A DNA stretch of 64,000 nt from Hydrolagus affinis (GCA_012026655.1 JAAILG010000176.1:1-64000); one strand, 5' to 3'. Shown: positions 13,511-26,247, counted from the stretch's first letter. The notes: a model not told the origin generated them from the letters alone. Translations and numbers: made by a program.

Positions 13511-14664
13511 GAGACCAGCTGAAGGCAGCAAGCCCATTAGGAAATGTTTACTGAGACTTCTCATTCCTAGCATGATTTTATTGCCTCTCTCTCACCACTT
13601 CCATTTAGCTGGTTTATTCTTCCCTGAAAGACCAACCCAGATACTTAAGGAGTGCTATAATACATAATTAGGTGTTATTTCTGCCTCTGATTTTCATCCA
13701 ATGCAGAAAGCCAATCTATTCTTTACCAATGACTACTTATTGGAGCAAATTTTTTGATGACTTATCAAGGTAACATTGGAACGTGAACATTCTTATTTCA
13801 GGCACCCAGCTCCGTGATCAGACATCACCTTTCGACTGCCAATCGATAGCATCTACTCTGTCCTATTCTCTCATCTCTCAATCCCGACCTCAAAAGACTC
13901 ATTAGTTCTCAGTTACATCACCTCCACCAGTAACATGAGAACAAAGTGAGCAGCTACAACTTCTCATTTTCACCTAAAAAGAGATCAGTCACCTGTTTCT
14001 CTCCACATACGTGTGTGTGTATGTGTGTGCGTGCACATGGACATGTAAACACATGCGAACCCCTATGGAATTATTTGAGTCTTTTTTATAATGTAGGCAA
14101 AAAGAAAGGAAGACTTCTCAAAAATAGGTTGCATAATTTTTGAGCACCATTCTCTTGTAAATGACAGAATCCAAGGTCAAACTAATTAACTGCTCCACAT
14201 TGGATGGAAGATTATTTTTTCAGTGTCTTAATACCACTCTTCCAGTCAGCATTAATAACTTTGATAGAATCAGCTTAATCTTTCCCTTTTGGGTGCCTTA
14301 TATTTTAATGCTATTACATTTTTAAAATGTCTGAACAAATTTCCATATTAAGTTTCCAGTATTCCGTAGGGACTGACTTTTGGTGCTTTGGTGATAGAGA
14401 CTAGCAAAATAAATCATATAAATGTATTTATTCTGCAGCTATTAGTGATAATTTTACTGTCGCCACATGATAATTTACTGCAGTAAATTTTCACTTAATG
14501 GGCTGAATGTGTATCACAGGCTGGAATCTAGTTAATCTAAATGGCGCCATACTTAAAAGGGCAGTGCTTACTGCGAGTAATGTGACTGGACTGCAACATA
14601 TACTTCTGTTCTGGGAATAGGGGGGAATAGAGGACAAATATTAATTAGTCCACGACCATGATTT

Positions 14665-14845
14665 AGATTTTTGTAGCGTCTTTCACGTCAGGAGGATGTC
14701 TCAAAACATACCTGTACATCTCGTACAGGTGACTGGGAGCCCAAGCTGGTGGGGGAGGTAGGGTCAAGGAGAAAAAAAGACAAGTCAAAGAGGTGGGTTT
14801 TGAGGGAAGGGAGGAGGAGTTGGAGAAGGAACTCCGGAGAGCAGG
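14665..14845 (-). mobile_element. Older L2 3' fragment
   Basis: tagcgtctttcacgtcaggaggatgtctcaa...cccaagctggtggggg...aaagaggtgggttttgag...ggaactccggag. Confidence 0.55.
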
Positions 14846-17800
14846 CTAATAACCAGATCTTTTAATCTAACTAAATTCTCTTGTTGCCCTACAATACTGT
14901 AACATTTTAATGGGTCTGAAACAACAACAACTTAAACTTATAAAGCGCCTTTCAACAAATTAATAATAATGATCTTTGCATTTGATATAGCGCTTTTCAC
15001 ATCTTCTAGATGAAGCATGGAATTGTGTAACCAGTTTGTAACTTCCACAGTTGCAGATACTGTATAAATTACTGTTTATCGTTGGATACAACTCCACATA
15101 TTAAAATTGTGCACAGTTTCACCGTGAGCCCTTCAAGTTGAGCGCAAAGCCTTCATGACCCAACCCCTCCACTATTGAAATCTGGCAATTTATTTTCTGC
15201 TCACACTTTTCATAGTGATAACTTTATATAAACTATATAGTTCCACGTACCACATAATCATCCCTTTGTATCTTCTCCTAAAGATTTCAATCCAATTCCC
15301 ATTGGATACTTATCCAGCATTGTTTCCTCAATTAGTTGATGTCGGTGCATTTTTATGAGCTTGTTTCATAATCCAGGGTATGATTTTGTGGGCGGGGTGA
15401 AAACTATGATCAAAGAGTATAACTGTTTGAGGATATGCATCAGCCATAATATAGATGAGATAAATGAGTGCCTCAGTAGAAGTCAGTTATTTCTATCCCA
15501 TTGTACAGTAAGATTGCCTGCGTCCTAATATTTTCTGCCTTACAGACTGTGTCCAATATTTCACAAAATTAATTACATAGTAAGCGCCACTTAATTGCCA
15601 TTATCTAAGTTGTCTTTTCTAGGTTCTTTGAAAGGTTCAACTACTTCTAAAGCAGTGTTCTGTAGTATTGTCGGTACCTCCCGGAGACCTGCTTGCTTCG
15701 CTCTATTACACACTACATTCTAGTTCACTGTGTGGGTGGATGACTGTTGAGTTTCCTGTTAAATCTACCAAAGCTTATTAAGAACTTAATTCTTACAAGT
15801 GGTTTGCAGTCGTACCTCTAGTGAAGTAAGTAAGAGCTGCGTTGAAACATGGCTTTGTCATGTCCCAGAAAATGAAAAATGGTTTCCTTACTGAAGTAAT
15901 GAAACACGTCTTCACAATGGTACAGTAATTAGAACGGAGTAATTAGAATTAGTATCCGAAGTCAAGGCAGCATGGTCTATTAAACTAATTGTGGGATGTC
16001 AAAATATCATTTTTGACCTTTTATAAATCAAAAGCAGATTTTATAAAGAAGAATGAAGACATTCCAGCAGGCTGCTGATTGGCAGTGTTTGACATCATGT
16101 GAGTTACTTGTAAATTTTTGACTTCTTAGGCTTACCTATCAAATGCTAATAATTGTTCCCATCTAAATTGCCGATTTGACATTTCAGTTGTTCTTCGTCT
16201 GTTGTAAAACCATCTATTTTCAAGTGTCGCTCTTAATATTTTACCAAAGTTGGACCAATGAAATGGTATTTCTGTGCAAACCCCAGTATTGTACAATGAT
16301 GTTATAAAAATGCACATTGATTGTATGTATGTAGCCTTTGCAATCCATCATTATTTATCACAGGGACTGCTTTAGCAGGATCTCCCATTTATTAATAGAG
16401 TATTGAGTTTGATCCAACTTTCTACACAATGATGCTCTCATTCACTTGGTGAATAACTTCATGGCAGTGTGCTTAATACACCTGGCAACAATGAATGAAA
16501 TCTATGTCATTTAAAATAAATAAGGTGAATTGAATAGAATAGTTAGAGGTGCCTCACATCTATTTTCCATGAAAACTATGACCTTTCAATGCTTAAAGGT
16601 AATTTTCATGCTTGTCTTCATTACGATCAACTATTTTTTGAGCATTCACCCTGACAAATATCCCCTCAATTCAAATATTCCTCTTTTGAAAACAGATCAT
16701 AGATTTATACAATGGCCGGTCTATTGATCTGAATGTGCTCTAAAATACTCAAATTATCCTCCAAATGATTTGACATTAAATTGCTCTTGATAATAAACGC
16801 ATTATGTTTGTACCGTACAGTCAAGTGAGGTGTTTAATCAATAAGGAAGACCTATGACAATATAAAGGGTGTTTGCAGAGTCTTAAAGAGTCTTATTTGC
16901 TTTGAGTGGGTAAATAACTCCTGCCAGACAGTTGTAAAGCAATGCACTACTGGTTTTTCAATCGATAGCAGAATCAGTGCGTATTGTTTGAGTATGTTGT
17001 AGCTTAAATGGAAGAATGTTCGCTCAGCTGCAACCACTTAACATTTAAAATATATTGTCTTACACCAATCTGTCCATTGCATTTCATCCCTATGATCCTG
17101 TTGTTGTTTTCTCTTTGTTGGCATTTGAATCGCAACACAAGAAATCGCTTTGGAACACCTGTGGCTCGGTCTCATTTCCATGGTAACCTCGTACATTAGC
17201 CATTCTTTAAAAAGCACCCAATTGCAATTACTCCTTGATCTCCCACCAACATATTCACCTTCCCCCAGTGTGCACCTATTCCTTGCGTGAAGTTACTTTT
17301 TTGCAATTTTGTCCGTGTCTTAAATCTTCCAGAATAACGTACGCTTAAAATCCTGTGAGATTTTGAAAACCATTGAGAGCCTGTAATTAAGTGAGAAAGC
17401 TGTAGGACAAAATATGCAAAAAATGACCTATACTGATTCCTGCTTCACAGTAGAGATGGTCTAATGGAGATTGTGCACATGAGGCACAACAAATTGAAGT
17501 CAGCGCTGTTTTTTTTTCCCATGACGTTCACTTGATAAATAGACTGTTGCCACTGGGTGCCCCAATTAATAGGACTTAGTTGTTTAATTTTGTACCCAAA
17601 TGTAGCTGAGCTATGAATTATTCTTTGCAAAGTGCCACACTTGCAACCCGACATTTTCAGAATTGCCATGATTTCCGATGGGAATCCAGGGAATGTGGGA
17701 TGCTTCAGTTTCAAAAGTGGCACATGCCATTTTCAATGAGAGCAGAATTATTTCTTTGAAAGGGCCCATGAACGTTCGAAGAACATTGCGTAAATTCATT

Positions 17801-19029
17801 TTCGTATTTTGTCCGGGACAGCGAATTCAGGCCGTGAATGACTTATTTTGTCTCTATAAATCATACAAACACTAATTAAGTCTTCCTGTGGGATGGTGCA
17901 GAGCTCTGATTTAAACAGCGAATTTAGGTGCAAGAACATTTTATGTAGGTGTGAATAATGGATCGTCTCACAGAAAGAGATGTCCACATTTTTCATTAAG
18001 GGAGAAAAAAATAATTAAAATTCAGCCCATTAAATTGAAGTATAGAATATGTTTGCTGGCAACAGTACTTAACGTTACCCAAAAGATCTGAAAATATCTC
18101 CAGGAATAGGTTTGAACCTTTCAACCCCTTTATAAATATCAGATACTCTTATGAAGATTGAGCTGAAATAAGAATACATGAGCTCTACCAATCTTTACTA
18201 TTATTAGGGCACCTCTGACATTATCTTACATTAATGAAATAAATACTACAGGAGGGCAAGCTTTAAAGCGTATGACATTGTTATTTATCATCATGACTTC
18301 CAGCAGGTAGGTTCACTGAACTGTAGTGTGTGTGTTTGTTTCGGCGTGAATTCATACGATCAAAGTTATGGAATGCAAACTTGCAACATCAACAAAGCAG
18401 CGCAGTGTGATTCATTGGCAAATGAGGATATTAGCCCTGTCCAATGCTTTTTATGTTAATGGAACCACAAGACCTGCTGTCAAACACAATGCAAATCATT
18501 CTGACACTAGAGTTGGGGCATTACCAGGGACAGAAGGGTTTTCAGTGATGGCTTTTATTATTTACTGAAAGATACAAAGCTGGCATTCGAGAACCGTTTG
18601 ACTTTCAGCTGTAACAATTGCAGGATAAGGTTAAATTTGGGGCCGGTAATCGTAACACTACTGAATTTTGATGGCAGCATTTGTTAACATTACAAGCGTT
18701 GGATCATTAATGTTGGGTTGTTTGTCTAGGGGAATGTCAACTGGCTGAAGTCTTTGGCAGCTTTCTCATAAATATGACTATGTATCAAACTTGAGTCCTG
18801 CCAAGGTTTAAGCCTCTGAGCTGGTGCTTTATTGATAATTTGAGGAGCTGTTCTGTATGTATATTTTAGTATTGCCTTCATTGAACAGAGTAGTTATTCA
18901 TGCTGTCAAAAATAGTTTAAACTATGAGTTTTATATTATGGAGTTTACCTCTTTTAAATAAGAGACTTCACAGTATCATCCCATAGTCAGTCACCAGGAA
19001 ACATAGTTTGCTTTGCACGTGAATATGAT

Positions 19030-19270
19030 AATAATCATTCTTGCATTTAATATTGCGCCTTATCATGTTGTCAAGACGTCTCAAAGTGCTTCACAAAGTG
19101 AAGCTTCATGAAGTGAATTAACTATTTTGTGGACGAAATGCGGCAGCCATTTGCACTCAACCGTGCCCCACAAGGAGTCATAGATTGATGTTTTTTAAGA
19201 GATTATTATCCCAGGAAAGTGATCCACCATTCGATTAACATCCGGGTTCCTACTTATTGCTGGGTAAACA
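19030..19270 (-). mobile_element. SINE, variant subfamily, 5' truncated
   Basis: Reverse SINE tail plus segment ggttcctacttattgctgggta, shared in opposite orientation with 55156-55182. Confidence 0.7.
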
Positions 19271-20507
19271 TATACATATAAATATGTTAACCACTATTTG
19301 TGGACATCTAGATCATGTAGTGATTTTTTTTTAACAGGTGAATACTGTAGCAAAGATTCGATTCTAATTTGCGAGATTTGCAAAAGATTGTCTGAAATAA
19401 CAAACTTCCGATGTATCAAGGCCAACTTTCTTGTCCTCCGCTGGGATACCTTCTACTGGTATTGGCGACTGAATAGTGTATGAGGGTTGGCATACAGCTG
19501 AGGTTTACTCACAGACAAATCCAAATGAGACCATCATCATAGTCAGCATGTTAGTTTGACATTTTACAGCCACAAATGTGCTATGTATTGACTTGTTTAT
19601 TGAGCAGCTGTCTTGTATCAAGGACTAGTACTTTGAATCGGGTAATGCAATGGCAGCGGAAAATCGTTTAATTGTGTTATGGTCAACATCAGGAAATGCC
19701 TGAATCTTGAGTCAATAATCCGATAGTGAAAACGACAGATCCGATTTTCATGCTGTCAAAAAATCCCAGAAAGAGATTTGAATTGCAGGCAGTTTACAGA
19801 TATTAAGTGCGCTGCATTCGCATAGAAAACAGCTGTCAGAAAGTTCCAGAATTAGTAGGTATTCAATATAACTTTAGCAATATTTAAATAACAGAAAATG
19901 AATCGGAGACACTTTATCTACATGCGCAAGGATTTGAAAACGTCTTTGCCAAGGATATTGACCAGACTTGATTAAATAAAATGAAAATTATTGTCTTTGC
20001 ATCAATTGGGAGCAGTAACAATCTTCAAGTGGGGGAGACAGCATCTCTCACCTTTTGAAACCTACTGCTGTTTTCTGACCCTTAGTTTATCACCCTGTGG
20101 GCGAAAAATCATACCTTTCTATCTCCGATACATCCTTCAAAGCATATATTTTGATGTTTAGCTGTATTGGTAGCACATGACTGGAGGAAATTTGTGTGTT
20201 TATGATGTGTTTTGTAATGTTGCTCGAGTATACACTAATGCAAAATACCATATTGGTCCTCAGAATACAGAAAGTTGTGAATCCACAGATAAAAAACGGA
20301 TCGGAGGTTCCAAACCAAGCTTCCGTGTGGATGAATCATCAATGATCTGAATGTTACCGCATATCAAATGCAAGGATTATTATTATAGCTGCTCTGAACT
20401 AAATTTATCACCGAGGTGGCTAACTAGGGCAGAGATTGCGTGGAGTGGAATCCTGCTCTTAGGCGAAGGAGCTTGTGTGAGAGAGAGGGGAGGGCTTTGT
20501 TGTAGAG

Positions 20508-20970
20508 GTAGCTGAGCTCAGTTGGCAGCACTCTGACCTGTGAATAAGCAAATTGTGGCTTGACACTTTGAAGTCACAGTCTAGGCGAACACTTCAATAT
20601 GGGATCGCTACATTGTTGGAGGTGCCAATTCTTTGGATAAGACATTAAACCAAGATCCTGTCTGTCTATTCAGGTAGAAGATAAAGATCCTGAGGCACTA
20701 TTTGTATAGAGAAGGGGTTTTGAAAGGCGCTATACAAGTGTAATTTTGTTGTTGTTGTTCTCCTGGGCCAACAATTCCCCACATAAAATTGGTAATTCAT
20801 TTTATACCTGTTTGTGGAGCATTTCATGGGTGTGTGTGTAAAAAAAAGAAATTGGCTGCCACATTCATCTACAGAATACAGTCATTACACATAAATCATG
20901 TGAAACACTTTGTGATGTCAAGACCACATTAAAGGCACTACCGTATATCAATTGTAAGGATTATTATAGA
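20508..20970 (+). mobile_element. Deu-domain SINE (SacSINE1/AmnSINE-type), near full length, interrupted by an L2 tail
   Basis: tRNA-like head gctcagttggcagcactc; Deu-like core ggaggtgcc..tttggataagacattaaaccaagatcctgtctgtctattcaggtagaagataaagatcctgaggcactattt; tail gtaaggattattat. Family match from memory. Confidence 0.75.
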
Positions 20971-21209
20971 TTGTAAGGGTAACATAGTGGAGATCAGCAT
21001 TCAGTATGCTTTGAGCTTCACTTAACCAATAGATGCTAGATGACTTGTTTGGGAATTGGGGGAAAATTATTTATTCTTTAATACTGTCATCATTCACATG
21101 GATAGGTAAACATGTTCGATATGTGTAAAAATCCTTGAAGAGGGCAGGAAAAACGTGAATGTTGTAAATCTGAAGCAGAAATAATAAAATGTACGAGTTC
21201 TAATGAAGT

Positions 21210-21274
21210 CAGCGCCTTGGGACGTCCTCCTGACGTGAAAGGCGCTATACAAGTGTAATTTTGTTGTTGTTGTT
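21210..21274 (+). mobile_element. L2 3' terminal fragment
   Basis: cagcgccttgggacgtcctcctgacgtgaaaggcgctatacaagtgtaatt(ttg)n. Confidence 0.75.
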
Positions 21275-21310
21275 GGAAGTAAAGCATTAACCTTTCCCTT
21301 ACAGATGCTT

Positions 21311-21559
21311 GTTCCCTATGGAATTCCATCCCCCAATCCCTCCGTCTAGTTTCTTCCCTTTCCTCTTTCAAGGCCGGTTTGAAGACTTTCCTCTTCGACC
21401 GCGCCTTTTTGTTCCACCCCGAATCTTTCGACCTCCCCTACGTGTATCACCCCTTCCCGAACACTCCCCTCCCAGCTCGGGTCACACGCCTCCTGTGCAG
21501 CGCCTTGGGACGTCCTCCCGACGTGAAAGGCGCTCTATAAATGTAATTTGTTGTTGTTG
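21311..21559 (+). mobile_element. L2 3' fragment inserted in a Penelope-like remnant
   Basis: ctatggaattccatcccc...ttgaagactttcctcttcgaccgcgcc (L2 ORF2 end) to a (ttg)n tail; flanks read cagatgctt / gacctgcagtgcttttccagca. Confidence 0.75.
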
Positions 21560-22704
21560 ACCTGCAGTGCTTTTCCAGCATGCTTTGGTTTTGTTAGAAA
21601 CTCACAAATTTGTTGGGAGTGGGAGAGTGAGTTGTCTATAGTTTGCTGAGTGTGATACAGAGCCAATTAATGAGCCGCAAGAAAAAAAACAACTTGGACA
21701 AAATCTGCATGATATCCATACCCTCCGAGCCCAGGGAAAGTATCAGTATAATTTTTCCGGCTACTCTTCCAGCATCAATTTCATACCTTGCTGCGTTGAC
21801 AAAAATTAACACATTTGATGGCAACTTGTCATCTCCCAAGTCTGCCTTGGGAAAGAAAGATGAATAATATCAGGCACTTGGACTAGACAGCCAAACTTGA
21901 GGTCGCTTGTCACACTATAACAGGACAGCCAGTGATTATGACTGTAGCATGCCGGGATACTGCTAATCCATTAATACACTAGAAAGGATGGCAGCCTGTT
22001 AATGGAGTTGACAGCCCTTACCTCGAGTATTCATATAGCCATATTGCTAATTTATATCATAAGTATGGACAAGCATGGCTGTGTACTGATGGAGAAGATT
22101 GATAAGAATGGAAGCAAATAAACTGGCTGGTGCCGTTATTTAAAAAAAAGTAATTAATTCAAAGTGTGGAAATTCATAATGCAGAACAAATCAAGCTTTT
22201 AATTATCTTGTAATAAGCATTGAATGAAGAGTATCAATTAAATTAGAGCGTGATGATTAACTTTTTTTTGAAAACAAAGTATTGTTTCTGAAGGTGGCGT
22301 CCGGGTTTTTAGCTTCATAGATCTTTGTCCAACTGGTTCATATCTGTAGCATCAGTGAGTTCAGGAGTTCAGGTGATTTACTCTTGACGCCTCCCATCCT
22401 CACATCACTCATGTCTCGCCAACTCTCCCTCTGGTCACTAGCTATTTGTCCCGGTAACTGACTTATAGCCAAACATACTATGCAGTACATACAAATATTG
22501 GTAGAATTGTCCATTAAGCAAGTTTTCAGAAGGTAATCTACGAAACTAATCAAATAGCAAATATACCTCATCCTCTTAATATCCTTATTTTCCCAATTTC
22601 ACTCAGGTAGCATTGCATTGTCTGTTTTAGCTTTCCATTTAGCTATTCATAAGATAGATTTAAAAGAATAGTGGAGTGTTGTATATTCTATTGGGGTGAA
22701 TGAC

Positions 22705-22950
22705 CAACAACAACAACAAAATTACATTTATAAAGCGCTTTTCATGTCGGGAGGACGTCCCAAGGCGCTGAACAGTCAGTGGTCGGGGGAGGCATGGGGG
22801 AGGGTCAGGGTAGGGGAGAGGGGAGGGAGAGTGGCAGAAGACATGATCGAAAAGGAAGGTCTTGAGGCCTTGAAGGTGAAAAGGGATGAAGTGAGGCGAA
22901 GGGATTTTTGGAATGGAGTTCCAGAGTGTGGGGGCAGTGAGGCTGAAAGA
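22705..22950 (-). mobile_element. L2 3' fragment
   Basis: (caa)n aaattacatttataaagcgcttttcatgtcgggaggacgtcccaaggcgct...ggagttccagagtgtgggggcag. Confidence 0.8.
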
Positions 22951-24029
22951 TCAATGCATCAAGCTAAACTTTAATTCTTTACGCAAGAAATAAAGGGACC
23001 GAATTAATGGATCAGGAACAATGTCACAGATGTGTGGTAATGTGTGGTTAATATTTAAAAGGAGCCTGTCATGTTATTTTGTTGCACTGTAGTTTTTGGC
23101 AATTCAGGGAGAGAGCAAAGATATCCTCGGGGAGGGCTTTGTGCAGTTGTCTTTCAATCGCTGCAATTTATAGGGAAATAAATTCTGGGACTCCTCGGGT
23201 CATATTACCAGTCTTTAATCTTAAGTATGCATTCTGTAAAGGAAAGTATTAAAAGCATTTGTCATTGATGTGATGCTTTCCCCTGTCTTCTTAACTGTGT
23301 CTAGTTTTTTTTTGCGTAACCAAAGCTCAATCAGGTAGATTTCCTCTCCTAAAATCCCATTAATGCATGCATGCTACTACAATCCAACAGAAATACAGAA
23401 TGAAATATAAATGAATGTTGTGTAAATGCAAATCTGGTGCAGACTTTCTTCCTTTTATGATGTAATGTGACTTGCTACTGTATTGGCGCAGATTTCCTTT
23501 CTGCACCAATGTTCCAGGGACTAGTGCTGATGGAAACAGATTTTCTCTTCAGTATATATTTATTCACCTGGTTCATTGGTTCGCTCCTGCTCTATCTCTC
23601 AACTGAATAGCTTACACCTGTTCATTTCGTCCCCTGAATGCTTGCGACGCTATAGCCCAACCCACGATGTTGCATGCGCTGCTGCAGATTTCTGGATGAA
23701 TCCACTTCCACCTGCTGCCTCCCTGCATCCGGTCTGCTGTAAAATGTTCCCCAGTGATCAACAGCAAGCAGTATAATCAAGCAGTTGGCTTGTTAGAATT
23801 TTCAGTGGAGCGAAGCTCATGTTTTAGAACACGTCTGGCAGGAATTTATTCTTCACACTCAGCTACGGCCAGATTGAACTGTATCCATTTCCCCTCTCCC
23901 CGGCCACGTTTGGCTTTTTTGCATGTTTTCTTCTCTATTGCTAAGCTGCAGTCTGTTTTATTTATGTACTTGAATATATGTTGTGCTCTTACCTTTTAAA
24001 AGCCCACAAAATACACAGCTGCCTCACGT

Positions 24030-24108
24030 TACACTTTTCTGTGAAGGGCTTTGAGACGTCTCGATCCCATGATAAGGCACTATATTAAATGAAAGGATTA
24101 TTATTATT
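24030..24108 (+). mobile_element. SINE 3' tail fragment
   Basis: ttctgtgaagggctttgagacgtctc...aggcactatattaaatgaaaggattattatt. Confidence 0.65.
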
Positions 24109-24339
24109 TCCTGTGAAGCGCTTTGTAATGTTGTTACCACCTCCACACACACACTTGAAAGGCACTATCCAATGTATGGACTATTATTAAAGCATTGGAA
24201 ATGGAATTTCCATACATCAGATGAAGATGTCTATAACTGGTTATTGTATGGTTTTGATTAGTCTTCAACTGCTTGCTTGCTTTGATTTTTATTTTGTGTA
24301 AATTCCACCAAAGCCTTAAAAATCTCTTTCTCTTCAAAG

Positions 24340-24435
24340 CATTCTGTGAGGAAGGCTGCAGGAATGGAGGAAGCTGTGTTGCGCCCAACTCGTGCGCCTG
24401 CCCTCCTGGGTTTAAAGGACGTGGCTGCCAGACAG
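24340..24435 (+). CDS. NELL1: NELL1 exon, EGF domain: (A)FCEEGCRNGGSCVAPNSCACPPGFKGRGCQT
   Basis: Acceptor ctctttctcttcaaag, donor G|gtaaaa, 96 nt, phase 1-1; lies within ORF 24273..24458. Confidence 0.95.
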
Positions 24436-24490
24436 GTAAAATAATCTTCATTCAATGATTGTGTATCTCGTTGGCAAAGTCTGTTTTATT

Positions 24491-24780
24491 AGCTCCTGTA
24501 TCTCAGCGCACTCACCTTACAAGTGAGAGACCTAGGTTCAATTCCCAGCAGGGCGAAACCTTGGGCAGGTTTCCTTGCTCCACACGCCTGATAATAATCC
24601 CTCAAAAAAAATTGTTAATTTCAATTCACGACTGTTTGTGGGACACTGCTGTGCACAATTGGCTGCCACATTCGCCCACAGATATACAGTCAATTCACTT
24701 TGTAGTATATTCTGTGAAGCGCTTTGAGATGTCCAGAGGACGTGAAAAGCGCTATATCAAATGCGAGGATTATTATTATT
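24491..24780 (+). mobile_element. Full-length tRNA-derived SINE, 55 nt downstream of a splice donor
   Basis: Head with B box ggttcaattccc, body gggcgaaaccttgggcaggtttcc, L2-like tail ending (att)n. Confidence 0.85.
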
Positions 24781-25059
24781 AAAGTAACAGAAGTGTTTCA
24801 AGTCAACATGCTATCTATTTAGTTCAGACACCATTCACTTTTAACTCTCAAGGAAGAACAACTTTGATGGTTTATGGCGCTGCTTGTTTTCTGTATGGTA
24901 ATGTAAAATCTATCTCTAATTGTCCATTTGAACAGCTGGATTTAAGTGGCCTCCTTGTGCACAGTGTAAATTAGGAAAGGAAAGAACTGTCTCCTGGTTT
25001 GTGTTAAGACTTCACAGTCTTCAGTCAATTAGTAATTTGTTTCACCAGGTTTCCAGGTG

Positions 25060-25580
25060 AATGCATTAATAACCTTGATTCACAGACTCTGAGCATGTTG
25101 TTAAGTTTGCAGATGGCATAAAATTGTGTGTGTGTGTGCGGGTGGGGGTGGGGTGGGGGGAGTTGTTAGAGACAGGACTGTGAAATCAGGAAAGAGTACC
25201 CAAGTTCCTACAATTAGCACTCAGTCCCTGGAGTAATCAAAGGCAAATGAAGTTTATTGCAAGCAAATGCACACGGTATTCAGAGTTGCATAGATATTCT
25301 AGGGGAAACACTGGATGAAATCTAGCAATCATTCATTGCTCACCCCAGTATAAAGCAGCAATAAACAAGATAGATGTTGGGCTACATTGCCAAGATTGTG
25401 AAGGATAAGTTCTAAATAAACACCAGGAAGATGAGATGGTAATGAATTGTATAAACGGGTCAATATTGGATTGAAATTGTGGAAGGTGAGATCAAATAAG
25501 TATGAGGGACTTCTCACCCAAACATTTCTTGTGAGGTTATGAATTTAGCTACCAAACACCACTGATGGTGAGTTTTGTGT
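25060..25580 (+). mobile_element. Highly decayed CR1 LINE RT/3' remnant
   Basis: attaataaccttgat...aagtttgcagatggcataaaattg (KFADGIKL, compare KFADDTKL); ggcaaatgaagttt..aaatgc (WQMKF..KC-like). Confidence 0.6.
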
Positions 25581-25952
25581 GAAGAAGTACATGTAATGTT
25601 AATGATAAATACAGTGTGCAGTATTATTAAATACTATCAGTACCATGTCTTGGAGTTGAAACTGGACCTTTCAATTTGGGAGAATTCTCTATTGGTAGAA
25701 ATGAGATAGTAACCTTTAAAATACATAATTTTCAGGTATTTATTGCCTTAAGTATATTTTTCTTTTGCATCAATTGCGGCATATTTCCAGATTGCTATTA
25801 ATGAACTTTACTGGTCAGTGCGTTGCCTGGAAAGGTCACAATATACCAATGCACATTGTAAGATATAAACCACAATGAACATGTTACCTGTTTTATAAAT
25901 ATTCATAATAATCCTTCCAGTTGATCTACTGTTTTTGTTTACATCAGTAGGA

Positions 25953-26247
25953 TGTAGCTCAGTGGTTAGAGCACTCAAGTTGCAAACAAGAGACCTGGGT
26001 TCAATTCCTGGCAGGGCAAAACCTTGGGCAAGTTTCTTTACTCCTCATACCTGATAATAATACCTCAAGAAAAAAACTAATAATTTGCTCACTCAATCCA
26101 TGCTTGTTTGTGGGTTGCTGCTGTATGCAATTGACTCCTGCATTTTGGCCACAAAATATATAGTTAATTCACATTTAGTATCGTAAAGCGCTTTGAGACG
26201 CCTAGAAGATGTGAAAAGCACTATATCAAATACAAGGTTTATTATTA
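25953..26247 (+). mobile_element. Full-length tRNA-derived SINE
   Basis: A box tagctcagtggttagagc, B box ggttcaattcc, shared body and tail. Confidence 0.85.
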
